In this document: in pieces, positions 1 to 11,800 of the stretch
Numbering within the stretch: the stretch's first letter is position 1
How the letters are laid out: every line of letters starts with the position of its first letter
Origin: Callorhinchus milii
Taxonomy: Eukaryota
Direction of reading: 5' to 3'
Assembly: GCF_018977255.1 (NCBI RefSeq)
Contig: NW_024704772.1
Coordinates: 2,232,001 to 2,296,000 of the forward strand
DNA length: 64,000 nucleotides
Program-made: the position numbers and the translations under genes
Notes under the pieces: model-generated
Database searches by the model: none
Told to the model about the DNA's origin: nothing
Seen by the model: only the letters and a program-made list of their open reading frames with translations

Positions 1-589
1 GACACAGTCACTACACTCCAGAGCGAAGCCTTCGAGACGTCCCCCCTGTATCGCGCGGCGCGGGTTGATTATCATTCCGGGCCGGACCGCGGGTGGGTGG
101 GGGGTGCGGGTGGGTGGGGGGGGAGGGGGGGGTGGGGGGTGGGGGGGGGGGGTTGTGCGGTGGGAGAGCGAAGATTTGAGCTGAGGCCCATTGGGAGGGT
201 CTTCCATTGGGTTACACGAGGGTTCTCCCTCCGTCCCCTCCGCTCGGCAGGCGCTGGCCTCGCCCCACCATCGGCAGTCAAGCCATCAACCTCTCTCCCC
301 CCCCCACCCCCACACCCCCACCCCCACACCCCCCCACCCCCACACCCCCACCCGCCGCCGCCTCCCCTTCGGAACTCCATCCCAAAGTCCCTCGACCTCC
401 TTCAAGGACCATCTCAAGACCCTCCTCTTCGACCCTCACCTTCCATCACCCTCCCGCCCCCCCCCCCCCCCCCCCCCCCCACCCCACCCCACCCCACCCC
501 ACCCTCCCGATTCCAACCCCCAGCTCAGGCCCTAATCCCTGACCGTCCGGCACTTTGGGACGTCCCACCCGACGGGAAAGGCGCTGCGT

Positions 590-1340
590 AGACGTCACGT
601 GTCACGCGCGCGCTCTCTCTCTCTCTCTCTCTCTCGCTCTCTCGCTCGCTCTCTCTCGCTCTCTCTCGCTCGCTCCGTGGTGGGACAAGTCTCGCGAAGA
701 GATTCCCGCGATCCGCGGAGAGCCCAAACCCCCAACGCGAAAAAAGAAGGTCCGCCGGTCAACCTCCACGACTCCCCTCTGATCTCCTTCCGGCCACGAG
801 ACCTCGCGCACCACGCACGCGCTTGCGCGCGCACCACACGCACGCACACGCGGGCGGCGCGCGCCCCCCCAGCAGCAAAGAAGCCATTGTAACCCCTTCC
901 GGGAGATCCAGAGAGGAACTCTCTTTCCCAGTCCCTCCGAAACCTCATCCCAACCGCGCGGGGAAAGAAAATTCCACCTGCGTGTCGGCTGCTGGAGGGG
1001 CAACAATAATAATAATACTTCCACTTGATATCGGGGCCGTATCACACCGCCGAGACGTCGCAAAGCGCTTCGGGCGACACAACACCGTGAAGTGGAGTGA
1101 CTCTCTTTGTTGGGCGGAACGGCACAGACCGGGAGGGCTGAGGGCCCGACCGCCGGTTGTGGAAGACCGTTCCCCGACTTCGCCTCTCGGACGTTGCCGC
1201 CGTCTCAACTTAAAAGCCAAAGCGAACGAGAGGGCGCCCCCGGCGCTCGCCGAGCGCGGCGGGGGGACGGGGGGCGGGGGACGGGGGACGGCGGGTTGAG
1301 GGAGAATGGGTTGACGGAGAGGGCGGAGAGACTTAAAGGC
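590..1340. promoter_or_regulatory. CpG-rich island, possibly upstream of the next gene to the left (PRR12 expected by synteny)
   Basis: High CpG density and TCTCGCGA-like and GCCAT motifs. No coding exon was recognised in the window, so the PRR12 link is inference from human gene order only. Confidence 0.3.
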
Positions 1341-2301
1341 GTTATTGTCGTTCATTTTCTTAGCGTTGCGAAGCCCTTTGAAGAATAAATTGGGATTAAA
1401 AATACTTTTCTCTCTCTCTCTCTCTCTCTCTCACATTTCTCCGGACCGATTGCCACTCCTCGCTCGCCGTCAAGCGTCGCGGTTGGCGCGCTCGCAAGCG
1501 AGAGGACCCGGGTTCGATCCCCACCACCCCCCCTACCCCCCCCCACCCCACCCCACCACCCCCCAGACAGAGACCTCTCAAAGCGCTTCACGGGATATGC
1601 CGCAGAGTCGATCGAACGTACATTTCGTGGGCGAAAAAGAAATATCAACGTCAAATGTCGGGGCGGGTTCCCCCCCGACCCACACGAGGTGCGACCACGA
1701 GTTCTCACCCTCACCGTTCCGAACGGAATGAAATGTTTTGATTTTATTGCGAATTTGTTACGATACACGCAAACAACGTCCGTACCGGAGAGACGCACGG
1801 GCGAACTTGTCTTTCTTTTCCCCCTTAAAAGACATACCGAAAAAAAAATAAAACATGTCCCGACGCAGGGAAATCCGTTCGGGTCCTGAGTTTGGGCAGC
1901 GATCCTCCATCGCAGTGGTCTCCAACGTTGGCCGTTTCCCTGTTGGTGGGTGTGTGTATCGGGGGGTGCGCGCGTGTGTGTGTGTGTGGCGGTGGGGGGG
2001 TGTGTGTGTGCGCGCGGGTGGGGGTGTGTGTGGCGGTGGGAGTGTGTGTGGGAGTGTGGATGTGTCTGCGTCTGGGCGTGCGTGCGTGTGCGCGGGGGGT
2101 GGAGACGAGAGTTCCCCTTCTTAAACCGCGCACAGCAGCGATCGCCTTACAATTTCTCCCCCTCCCGCTGATCCCACACACCACCCGCACTCCCTCATCC
2201 ATTCCACCCCTCCCTCCCTCCCTCCATCCCTCCCTCCGGCTTCCAACAAAAAAAAGGTGGACAAAAATAGCTGTCGGGGTCCCTTGTGTTCAGCGGCGCT
2301 G

Positions 2302-5300
2302 CTATACTCGTTGAGATCCACTAAAGAGAGAGAAGGAGAGAGAGAGAGAGAGAGAGAAAAAAAGAGTTGGTTACTCGCAGCTCAGGTTTGCTCTCTCACC
2401 ACAGAGATACATTCATAAAAGATCCCCGAATTTATTCCTTTATTTATTTATGTGCCTCATTACGTCGTCGAGACGTCTTCGCATATATATATATATATAC
2501 GGCAAAGTGAATTAACCGACGGGGTATCTCGTGGAGGGGAACCCGGGTCCTCTCGCTCGCGAGGCGAGTGCTCTAACCAATACCCTACAGGACTCCAGGG
2601 AAACAGAGGGGAGCGGAGTAAGGAAACTTGTCAAAGTTTTCCCCCCCTCCCACACCCCTGTCTGGGAATCGAACCCCGAGCCCTCTCGCTTGCGAGTCGA
2701 GCGCTCTAACCACCACTCTACTGGTCTCCACGGACGGTTGGACCCCGTTGCGATGCGGGGCTTTCGGGGGTCCGATAAAAAAGAACGCGGACCCCGATTT
2801 ACAACGTGCTCTTTTTTTTTCCTATATAAAACGGACCCCAAAAGTGCTGCGTAAATCTACAGCGCACCGGAGAGGGTTACGCGGGCAGTGTCCTGAGAGA
2901 GTGCACGAGAGACACGGAGTGACACACACACACACACACACACACGCACAGGACTGAGAACGCGTGTGAGACACAGAGATGGAGACGTTCGCGCGCCCGC
3001 GCCCGCAGACACGCGTGCACAGGCAGCGACAGAGAGAGAGCGCGACAGAGAGCGATCCACAGAGACAGAGAGAGGGAGAGGAAGAGGGAGAGACAGACGA
3101 AGAGAGTTGATGAGGAGGTACTGACCCACGGTAAGGTGGGGGCATGGCATCGTGTTGGCCTGATCTCTCCAAGGCCTCCTCGTATGAGGGCAAACCGGGC
3201 GCGACGCTCTCCAGGGTAGTCAGTGGCACCTCTTCAGGCCTCGAGGCCACTGGCTGGTTCACTGGGGGAGGGCTGTGCTCCATGTAGACAGGCGGCCTGG
3301 GGCGCACAACACAGCACAACACGACACAGTCACACGAGGCTGTCACCATCACAGGCATCACCTCCCACAACAACAATAATAATAATTGCCACGTCTCGCC
3401 CCCGCTCGGGAATCGAACCCAGGTCCTCTGGCGTGCGAAGCGATTGCTGCAGGACTCCCACCCATCTCCCCCACTCCGCACCAAGACCGTTCCCCCCCCC
3501 CCCCACCCCAACCCCCAACCTTCCTCCCCACTAACTGGACACTAATGAGGATACTGACCTCGCCGACCGACTCACACACACACACACTCACACACACACA
3601 GGAGGGAGAACTGACCGACTCCCTCTGTCTCTCTCTCTCTCACACGCGCGCACCCACCCACCCACCCACCCACCCACTGACCGTCTCGGACACTAACCTC
3701 ACTGACCGCTTTCCGCGTTGCTTGCAGAAGTAAATGACGACCAGGGTCATCAGGATGAGCAGGACAAAGGCCCCGATGAGCCCGGCCACCAGCCCGGCCA
3801 CGTCAAAGGCCGGAGACTCTGTGGGTGGGGGGTGGGTGGGTGGGGGTGGGTGCAGAGATCGCAGACAGGTTAACACACATCACCTCTCGCTGCCCCCCCC
3901 CTCCTCACCCTGGCCTCCCCCTCATCCCAGCCCGTTCCTCCATCAGGACCAAGTGTACAGTCGTGTCATTTGACAGCAAAGCCCTTTGAGACGTCTCGAG
4001 GACGGGATAAGGCGCTACATCGAAATGCAAGGATTATTATTGTTGTTGTTGTGACTGATCTCAGCCCCACTCTGTGCTGAGGGGCTGATCTTTTACCCCA
4101 ATCTCAGCCTGGAATCTTACTGATGGTCGGGACGATTGGGGAGAGAGAGGATTGCGGAAAGCGGAGGCACTGGGCGGAGTGGGGGAGAGAGGAGGGAGAA
4201 GAGGGAGGGAGAGAGGGAGGGAAAGAGAACCCACTGAAATAAAACTCACTCAGGAACACATCTGACACTTACCCGACTCGTGGTTGTTGGCCTTCACGTA
4301 TTCGTTCTGCAACAAACACACTTGACCATCAGCAACAAACAACAGCAACGTGCACGCACGCAGCACCCCTCACGCGGGGCAGAGTCTCGGAGCGTTTAAC
4401 GGTAGCGGAGCCGGGGGGGGGGGGCGCGGGGGTAGGAGGTGACCGTACGTACGGTCGAAGAGGATCGCCCTTCGGTCGCGATCGCCCACGAAACACAGTC
4501 AATTCACTTCACAGTATATTCCGTGAAGCGCTTTGAGACGTCTCAACGACGTGATAATAATAATAATAATAATAATATTATTAATAGTAATGCGTGCATT
4601 TGACCCGGCGCCTGATCACGTCTTCGAGACCTCTCAAAGCGCTTCACGGGATAGACGGTAAAGTGGAGTGACCGTGTGATTTGAGGAACGAAACGCGGCA
4701 GCCGATTGCGCACAGCAGCGTTCCCCCCCACAAACAGCAGTGGATCGAGTGAACGAGTTATAATTTGGTTTAAAATCAAACGCAAAGATGATTGTTACGA
4801 GGGTTTTGATTCCGGTGAAGACATGGGGAGGGTCCCGGGACGGTGGGTGGGAATTCGTTTCGGGAATCTCTCTCTCGGGTGTGAAACTTGCCGTCAATTC
4901 GACATTCTCGAAGCATTCGTTCGCTTCCTCGAAGTTGCAGACTTCCTCCTGACATTCCCGCTCCAGGTTACAAGGAATGAAGAGCTCAAAGTCCCAGTTA
5001 TTGTAGAGAAGCTTTCGTTGCAGGAAACTCTTCGCCTGGTTCTCCTCCACAAACACTGAGACAGAGAGAGAGAGAGAGAGGGAGAGAGAGAGGGTCACAG
5101 AACGACTGGGTCAGAGAAAGAGAGCGAGAGAAGAGAGGGGGAGAAAGAAAAGAGAGAGGGTCAAAGAAAGACAGAGTGAGTCAGAGAGTCAAAGAGAGAG
5201 AGAGGGAGAGAGAGAGTGTGAGAGAGTCAGAGAAACACAGACAGAGTCGGGGAGACACGGAGAAAGAGAGAGAGAGAAAGAGAGAGAGAGACGTACGATA

Positions 5301-5451
5301 AGAGGGTACACGTAGCGATGTGGCAGATCGCTGTATGATAGGGACCCTGTGATGTACCTGAAGATGAGCTCCTCTCCACTGAGATCAGCGGTCGGGGGTT
5401 TGCACCCACAGCCCCTGCCCCAAATACCAGCAGCAGCCAGGGTCTCAGCAT
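2302..5451 (-). CDS. PRRG2: Transmembrane gamma-carboxyglutamic acid protein 2 (proline-rich Gla protein 2), ~200 aa, 6 coding exons
   Basis: Exons (minus strand): 5451-5358 (signal peptide MLRPWLLLVFGAGAVGA, Kozak-like ccgccATG); 5055-4892 (propeptide + Gla, VFVEENQAKSFLQRKLLYNNWDFELFIPCNLERECQEEVCNFEEANECFENVELT); 4306-4273; 3818-3698 (or 3707; TM helix FDVAGLVAGLIGAFVLLILMTLVVIYFC); 3296-3126 (PY motifs PPVY, LPSY, PPPY); 2320-2302 (GSQRV*). Phases join to 603 nt. Head-to-head with NOSIP and near RCN3, as in human 19q13.33, which favours PRRG2 over PRRG4. Confidence 0.9.
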
Positions 5452-7189
5452 GGCGGGCGGACAGCACCTGGGTGGGGGGGGGGGGAGAGAGGGGAAAAGA
5501 GGGGGAAAGAGAGAAAAGAGGGAAAAAGAGAGAGGCGGGAGAGAGAGAGAGAGATGGGGGTAGGAGATAGATAGATATATATAGAGAGAGAGAGAGAGGG
5601 AAGTGAGAAATATAGGGGAGCGCGGTCGAGCAAGCGAGAAAGAGGGGGAGAGAAACAGAGAGAGAGAGAGAGAGAGAAGGAGGGAGGGGGGAAGAGAAAG
5701 AGGGGAGAGAGGGAAGAAGCACATATTTATCATCAGATCGTAGAATGAGACATTACAGCTCAGGAGACAGACACACTGTAAACCGCTGACCTTAAACAGT
5801 TTCCTCTCTCCATAGATGCTGCTTGACCCGCTGAGTGTGTCACCAGCGACTGCTGTACTCATTACGCAGCGCCCATCCCCAGACCTGGGGCTCACTCCCC
5901 CTCCCATACCCCATTCCTGTCTCAACCCCTTTAGCCTTCCTCCTCGAAAGCGGATCCAATCCCCGGTCAGTCCAACAACTACGACAGGTTGTAATCGCTG
6001 CTCTGTGGAGCGATATCAATCAATCAATCAATCAATCGATCGATCGATCGATCAATAAATAATCCTCGCATTTGATACAGAGCTCTTCACGTCTTCGAGG
6101 CGTCTCAAAGCGCTTCACGGAATAAGACTGTAAAGCGAATTCACTGTGTATTTTGTGGGCGAAACGCGGCGGCCGATTGCGCACAGTGACGTCCCCGCAA
6201 ACAGTCGTGGATTGGAGTGACCGATTTACGGCAGTTTAGGAGACAAACCCCCTCCAGTCTCCTCGGGCTGAGGGCGGCTGCAGAAATCCCCCTATCCCCA
6301 ACGTGTCTGTTCTTCCTCTCTCAGCCTCACACAAGATCAGTGTTGGCAGGAGATTCAGGTCGTGGTGGAGAAATCACAAGCGCACTCACACACACACACA
6401 CACACACACACACAGTCAGACACCCAAACAGACACACAGATACTCACACCCAGACACACCCAGACACACAGACACACACAGACACCCACAGACACCCAGA
6501 CACACACGGACACNNNNNNNNNNNNNNNNNNNNNNNNNNNNNNNNNNNNNNNNNNNNNNNNNNNNNNNNNNNNNNNNNNNNNNNNNNNNNNNNNNNNNNN
6601 NNNNNNNNNNNNNNNNNNNNNNNNNNNNNNNNNNNNNNNNNNNNNNNNNNNNNNNNNNNNNNNNNNNNNNNACACACACAGACACCCACAGACACCCAGA
6701 CACACAGACACCCACAGACATCCAGACACACACCCAGACACACACATACACCCAGACACCCACAGACGAGACTGAGAGCGGGCAGTCAGTACAGAGTTGG
6801 GGGCGAGGGGGAGGGAGTCCTACCGGGGGAAAGGTGCAGCCTGTACCAACCGGGGGACCGACAGTGTGCGAGCGAGAATGGGGCTCAGACCCCGAGACCC
6901 AAGCCTCCGCTCAGCCCTGCTCAGTGCCACCAGCCACCGTACCTGTCAGTGAGTCACCCCCTCGCCCAGACCACGCCCCGACTGTGTAAACACCAGCGGA
7001 GTGACTCACACCACATTGAGTGCCCCAATTTGAGTGCTCCAGCACCCGCAGAGCCGGGGGCAAGAAATCCGGGCGACGGGAGAGGGGGAAGTTTGCGCTA
7101 AAAATGAGAGAGTCCAGGTTCGACCCCCCCCCCCCCCCCGCACACACACACGCATAGAACGCCACACACCCACCCACCCACCCACACAC

Positions 7190-7390
7190 ACACAGCGAAT
7201 GGCAGCTTCTGCACGTTCAAGCTCCCACGCCAAGACCTGGAGTCACATAGTCTAAGCTGATGCTCCAGTGCAGCGCATGGGTGGGGGGGGGGGGGGGGGG
7301 TTGCACTGTCGGAGGTGCCGTCCTCTGGATGAGACATGAAACCAACAACGCATGGCATTTACTCGGCACCTTTCACGTCTCAGGAGGACG
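7190..7390 (+). mobile_element. Older Deu-domain-like SINE fragment
   Basis: GCTGATGCTCCAGTGCAG..GCACTGTCGGAGGTGCCGTCCTCTGGATGAGAC resembles the AmnSINE1/SacSINE-type core as recalled. Related copies at ~18270-18420, 33890-34010, 39660-39770 and 51640-51820. Confidence 0.6.
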
Positions 7391-9262
7391 TCCCGGGGCG
7401 CTGGACAGTCAGGGACACGCACCCGAGCTGAGGGTAGAGATCAGGAGGGGGGTGGAGGGCAGGGGGTAGGAGGGTCACCGAAAGCACGGTCGAAGAGGAG
7501 GGTCTTGAGACAGGGTCGCGAAGGAAGCAAGAGGGAGGGGGGGGAGGTGGAGGGACTGCGGGATGGCGGCAGAGAGGGGCGGGCGAGGCTGGGCGACATG
7601 AAGCTGAGCGGAGGGAGTGGGCAGGGCGTTGGTAGAGGGTTAGGAGGTCACAGAGGTAGGGGCACGGAGGGCTTTGACGGTGAGGACCAGGATCTTGAGC
7701 GATGGGGAGCCAGTGGTGTCTGCTGTGGACCTTAAGGATCTGGTGTGTCATCACTTTGCGCACATCAGCTGTGTTTACCAACGATACGCGAGCCGTCGGA
7801 CTTTCACGGTAAAAATCCTGCGAAGCCCTCTTTTGAGACGTTTAGGTGATGTGATAAATAACATAATCCCTGCGTTTAATTGTTATAATTATTATATTAT
7901 ATTCTATTCGCGGGTCTCGACGACCTGACAAGGAAAATTATTATTACGTGTAGCGCCGATGGCGTGGGCTGGCGGCGGCCAAAGGGATATCAGCCTCTCA
8001 CTGAACTTTCAGGGTCTGGTGGAATAATAGCGGTGGCGGTGAACTTGTCAGTCGCACAATGAACATTTCCCCTTTAAGGAAATTCGTTAAAGGTTTCACC
8101 GACTCCTGGACTCTGCCCCAAAACCCACACACTCAACCTCACGCTCTCTCTCTCGCTCTCTCTCTCTCACACACACACACACGCGCACGCACACGCACGC
8201 ACACGCTCACCCTCTCCCTCACGCTTCCCCAAACGTTCCACCCGCGCGCGCACCCCTCACAGTAATCAGATGCAAGGATTGCGTTATCCGGCGCCTTATC
8301 CACGTCCACTGGACGTCTCGAAAGACCTCACGGGATTTTTCGACCGTAAAGTCAATTGCAATAATAAAAGTGCAGTGAATTGTTACTGAAGCACCGACTT
8401 GGGCACTTGCAGCGGAAAGCAACAGCCGCGACCCGCGAACGGCCATGAGACGAACGAGCGATTTTACCTGGTGGGGATTGTCGGCCGGGACGCAGGAAGA
8501 GAAAACACCCTCCTCTTGTCCAATAGTGTTATGGGGGGGGGGTGCGGGGTGTTGGGTGGGGGGGGGGGGATCTTTAATGTTCACCTGAACGGGCACGGAC
8601 CAGAACTCGGTTTAATATCTCACCCGAGGTGCCACCGGTCCCTCCGCACTTCGCTGGAGCGTCAGCTTACGGACTGAGGGCTCAAAGTCCCCGACATTGG
8701 GGCCCTCCGAACCTCCGTCTCAAAGGCGGGCGGGTGGGCGATTAAAAAAAAGAAAAGCCACAGAACCCACGGCTGTTCGCGGGGACGTGGCCGGGCGCAC
8801 TCGCCCGCCCGCCCGCCCGCCCCGTTGCCCCCGCGAAGCGCACAGCCGCTCCGGTTTACGGTACAGCCTGAGACGGCTCGAAGACGCGATAAGGCGCTAC
8901 GTCAAAAACGCGAGGATTATTATTATTATTATAAGTGACTCAACACCTTCACCTCCGCGTGCACAACCTCATTCCCCCCCTCACCCCCGCCCCCCCCCAA
9001 CCACCCCACTTCATCAACCTCATCCTCCCCTCGCGTGCCCCTTTAATCCACGAGCGCCCGGCACTTTCCATCTTGCCTTGTGGTATCCCAGAGATATCTG
9101 TGTGTGTGTGTGTGTGTGAGTGTGTGAGTCTGTCTCTCACTCCATCTCTTCCGCCTCCTCCCACCAAATCCCGAGGGCCTCTCCACAACACCCTATCTGC
9201 GTCCGTTCAAAAAAAAAAACACTGCTCAAATCGGCAGCAGAATCAGGAGGGGAAGTGGAGTC

Positions 9263-9294
<32 letters not shown>

Positions 9295-9456
9295 TGATCC
9301 CTATCACCTCTTGAACGCCTCGAATAGAAGTAACGCTCAGGATTTATTTGTGTGCGTGTGTTCTTTTTAAAAAAAATAAAAAGGGAGTTCCTTTACAGCC
9401 TCGATTGCAAGTGACGTGAATGTGCAGTCTGCTGAAAAAAATCCCCTGCTCCCCCC

Positions 9457-9487
<31 letters not shown>

Positions 9488-10097
9488 GCTCGCTATCTCT
9501 CTCTCTCGTGTTGCCCCACGCGCGTCAAATTCACACTTTTCATGCCGTGTCCCGCGAAGCGCTTCGAGACCTCTCGGAAGTCTCAAGGAACGCGATGAGG
9601 CGCCGTACCAAGTGCATCAGCTAAACATTCTCACAATACCTCACAACAATCTATCCGGCAGACCGCCCGACCTGACCTACCTCCCTGTCCCGCCGCGGAG
9701 TCCTGCAGCATTTGTGGCGCGCACGCTCGCCTCGCTCGCCTCGCCTCGCAAGCGAGAGAACCTGGGTTCGATTCCCGGAAGGGGCAAAAATCATAGGCAG
9801 GTTTCCCCGACTGTGCGATCCCTCCGCCCGAGCCCAAAAAAAAAACCTCGGGTCGCTCGCTCGCTCAAAATTTTGGGGGCACTGCTGTGCGCGATGGGCT
9901 GCCGTGTTTCGCCCACAAACCACGCAGTCGACTCACTTCACAATGTATTCCACGAAGCGCTGTGAGACGAGGCGCTATGTCAAACGTAAGCCCTTCTCTC
10001 GCTCTCTCTCTCTGTCTGTCTGTCTGTCTCGTCCGGTTCCAGGGCTTGTGGGGGAAGGGGCAGCGGGGAAAGAAGAGTCAATTCAGAGCAGATATTT

Positions 10098-10179
10098 TTA
10101 AAAGTTAACTGGCTTTATTTCTGCATTCTGAAAGAAATAAAGAATGCAGAATGCAGAAATAAAGCCAGTTAACTTTTAA
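10098..10179. repeat. Perfect inverted repeat: 33-bp arms, 16-nt loop, TTAA ends
   Basis: 10098-10130 TTAAAAGTTAACTGGCTTTATTTCTGCATTCTG is the exact reverse complement of 10147-10179. Confidence 0.95.
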
Positions 10180-11269
10180 TTGTCAGATTCCCTCCTTGTC
10201 AGATGTTACAACTCGTTGGCGACTTGACGCAATTGATTGAGAACCAGAATTTCTGGTTTAGCCGAAATCGACCCTGGGTGTGAATTTGGTTTCTNNNNNN
10301 NNNNNNNNNNNNNNNNNNNNNNNNNNNNNNNNNNNNNNNNNNNNNNNNNNNNNNNNNNNNNNNNNNNNNNNNNNNNNNNNNNNNNNNNNNNNNNNNNNNN
10401 NNNNNNNNNNNNNNNNNNNNNNNNNNNNNNTGCAAATATTACGTGGTAAAATTAATCCATATCTATGTATATATCAAATGCAAGGATTGTTATCATATAT
10501 TATTATGTCTGTATAAATACTTGAATGCACGGAGGAAGGCGCGAGGAGTGGAAGAGAACAGAGCAGCGTTCCCGCCAGCGACCCGACTCCTGCTCTCTGC
10601 CCGGGGAAACGAACCGACCAGGAAGTTTTGATAGAAAACTCACCAACTCTGCGACCGTGTGGCTCCAGGTGAGGGCGAACACCGGTTAATCTGTATCCGC
10701 GGGCAAATCCGATCGACCCCGTCCCCCGTGACAAGCGTCCACGAGGAACCGCGCAACAGTGCTTTATTTTACCTTCCTGACAAGAGAGGAACACAGGTAT
10801 ATATATGTATACACACACACGCACGCACACATACACACAGGACAAAGCCAGACGCGAGCAAAAACACTCCCACAACCAATTCTCGGGCAATGGGCAAGTC
10901 ACGTGCTGGAGAGCAGGTAACACACTTCAAAGCTTGCCAAGCAGACACTGTTAAAGGGGAAGCACACGCGCACACGCGCGCACACGCACGCACACGCGCG
11001 CAGAAACCGCCGGGCAGATTTTCCAACGCCGAGCCGCGTGCAATCGGCCGCCGCGTTTGGCCAACCCCGCGCGCGCGCGCGCGAAAAAACAAACAAAAAA
11101 AAAAACGCGCTCGGTTCCCCTTTGCGGCGCCGTTCCGAGCGAAGCGCTCCCGAGATGTTTCCGCCACGCGATAAGGCGCTGTGTCAAACGGAAAGGTATT
11201 TTCCTCCACCCCCTCAGGGCGCCTACGTCACCCCCCCCCACCCCCACCCGGCTCGACTCCGCAAACGCT

Positions 11270-11800
11270 CCGCCTTCCCGACCCCTCCCTCCACGGGCTG
11301 CGGATAATCCCGAACCCTGCAGCCCGTGTCCTCTCCCGCACCGAACTCCGTGACGCCATCTCCCCCACTCTCGCCCGACTCCACTGCCTCCCCGTCCTTC
11401 AGAGGATCCAGTTCAAGATCCTGGTCCTCGCCCACAAAGCCCTCCATGGCCCTCGCCCCCACCCTACCCCTGCCACCCCCTAACCCCCGTCAACCCGCCC
11501 GTTCCCTCCGCTCAGCCGGCTCCGGCTGCTCCGTGTCCCCCCGACCCACCCGTCCCACCATTGGCATTGGCGGGAGAGCCTTCAGCCACTCTGCCCCCGA
11601 CCTCTGGAATTCCATCCCCCAGTCACTCCGCCTCGTCCCCTCCTTAGGCTCCGTCGAGTCCTGCCTCAAAACCCTCCTCTTCGACCGTGCCATCGGTCAC
11701 CCCCTTCCCCTCCCCTCTCCCCCCCCCCCCCGAAATGCTGTACTCTGTCCAGCGCCTTGGGATGTCCTCCCGACGTGAAAGGTATTTTACGAATGTGATC
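11270..11800 (+). mobile_element. L2-clade LINE 3' fragment
   Basis: Encodes ISPTLARLHCLPVLQRIQFKILVLAHKALHG and GGRAFSHSAPDLWNSIP..LKTLLF, typical of the L2 ORF2 C-terminus. Its tail is shared with the SINEs. Similar fragments at ~190-590, 7440-7740, 35200-35440, 41340-41700, 48980-49340 and 54230-54710. Confidence 0.85.

Noticed and set aside
72-591. Proline-rich ORFs suggesting PRR12 coding sequence
   Set aside because: They derive from poly-C tracts and an L2 3' fragment, and no PRR12 N-terminal motif was seen.
2302-5451. Calling the Gla gene PRRG4
   Set aside because: The LLYN motif is PRRG4-like, but the short C-terminal exon and NOSIP/RCN3 synteny point to PRRG2. A phylogeny would be decisive.
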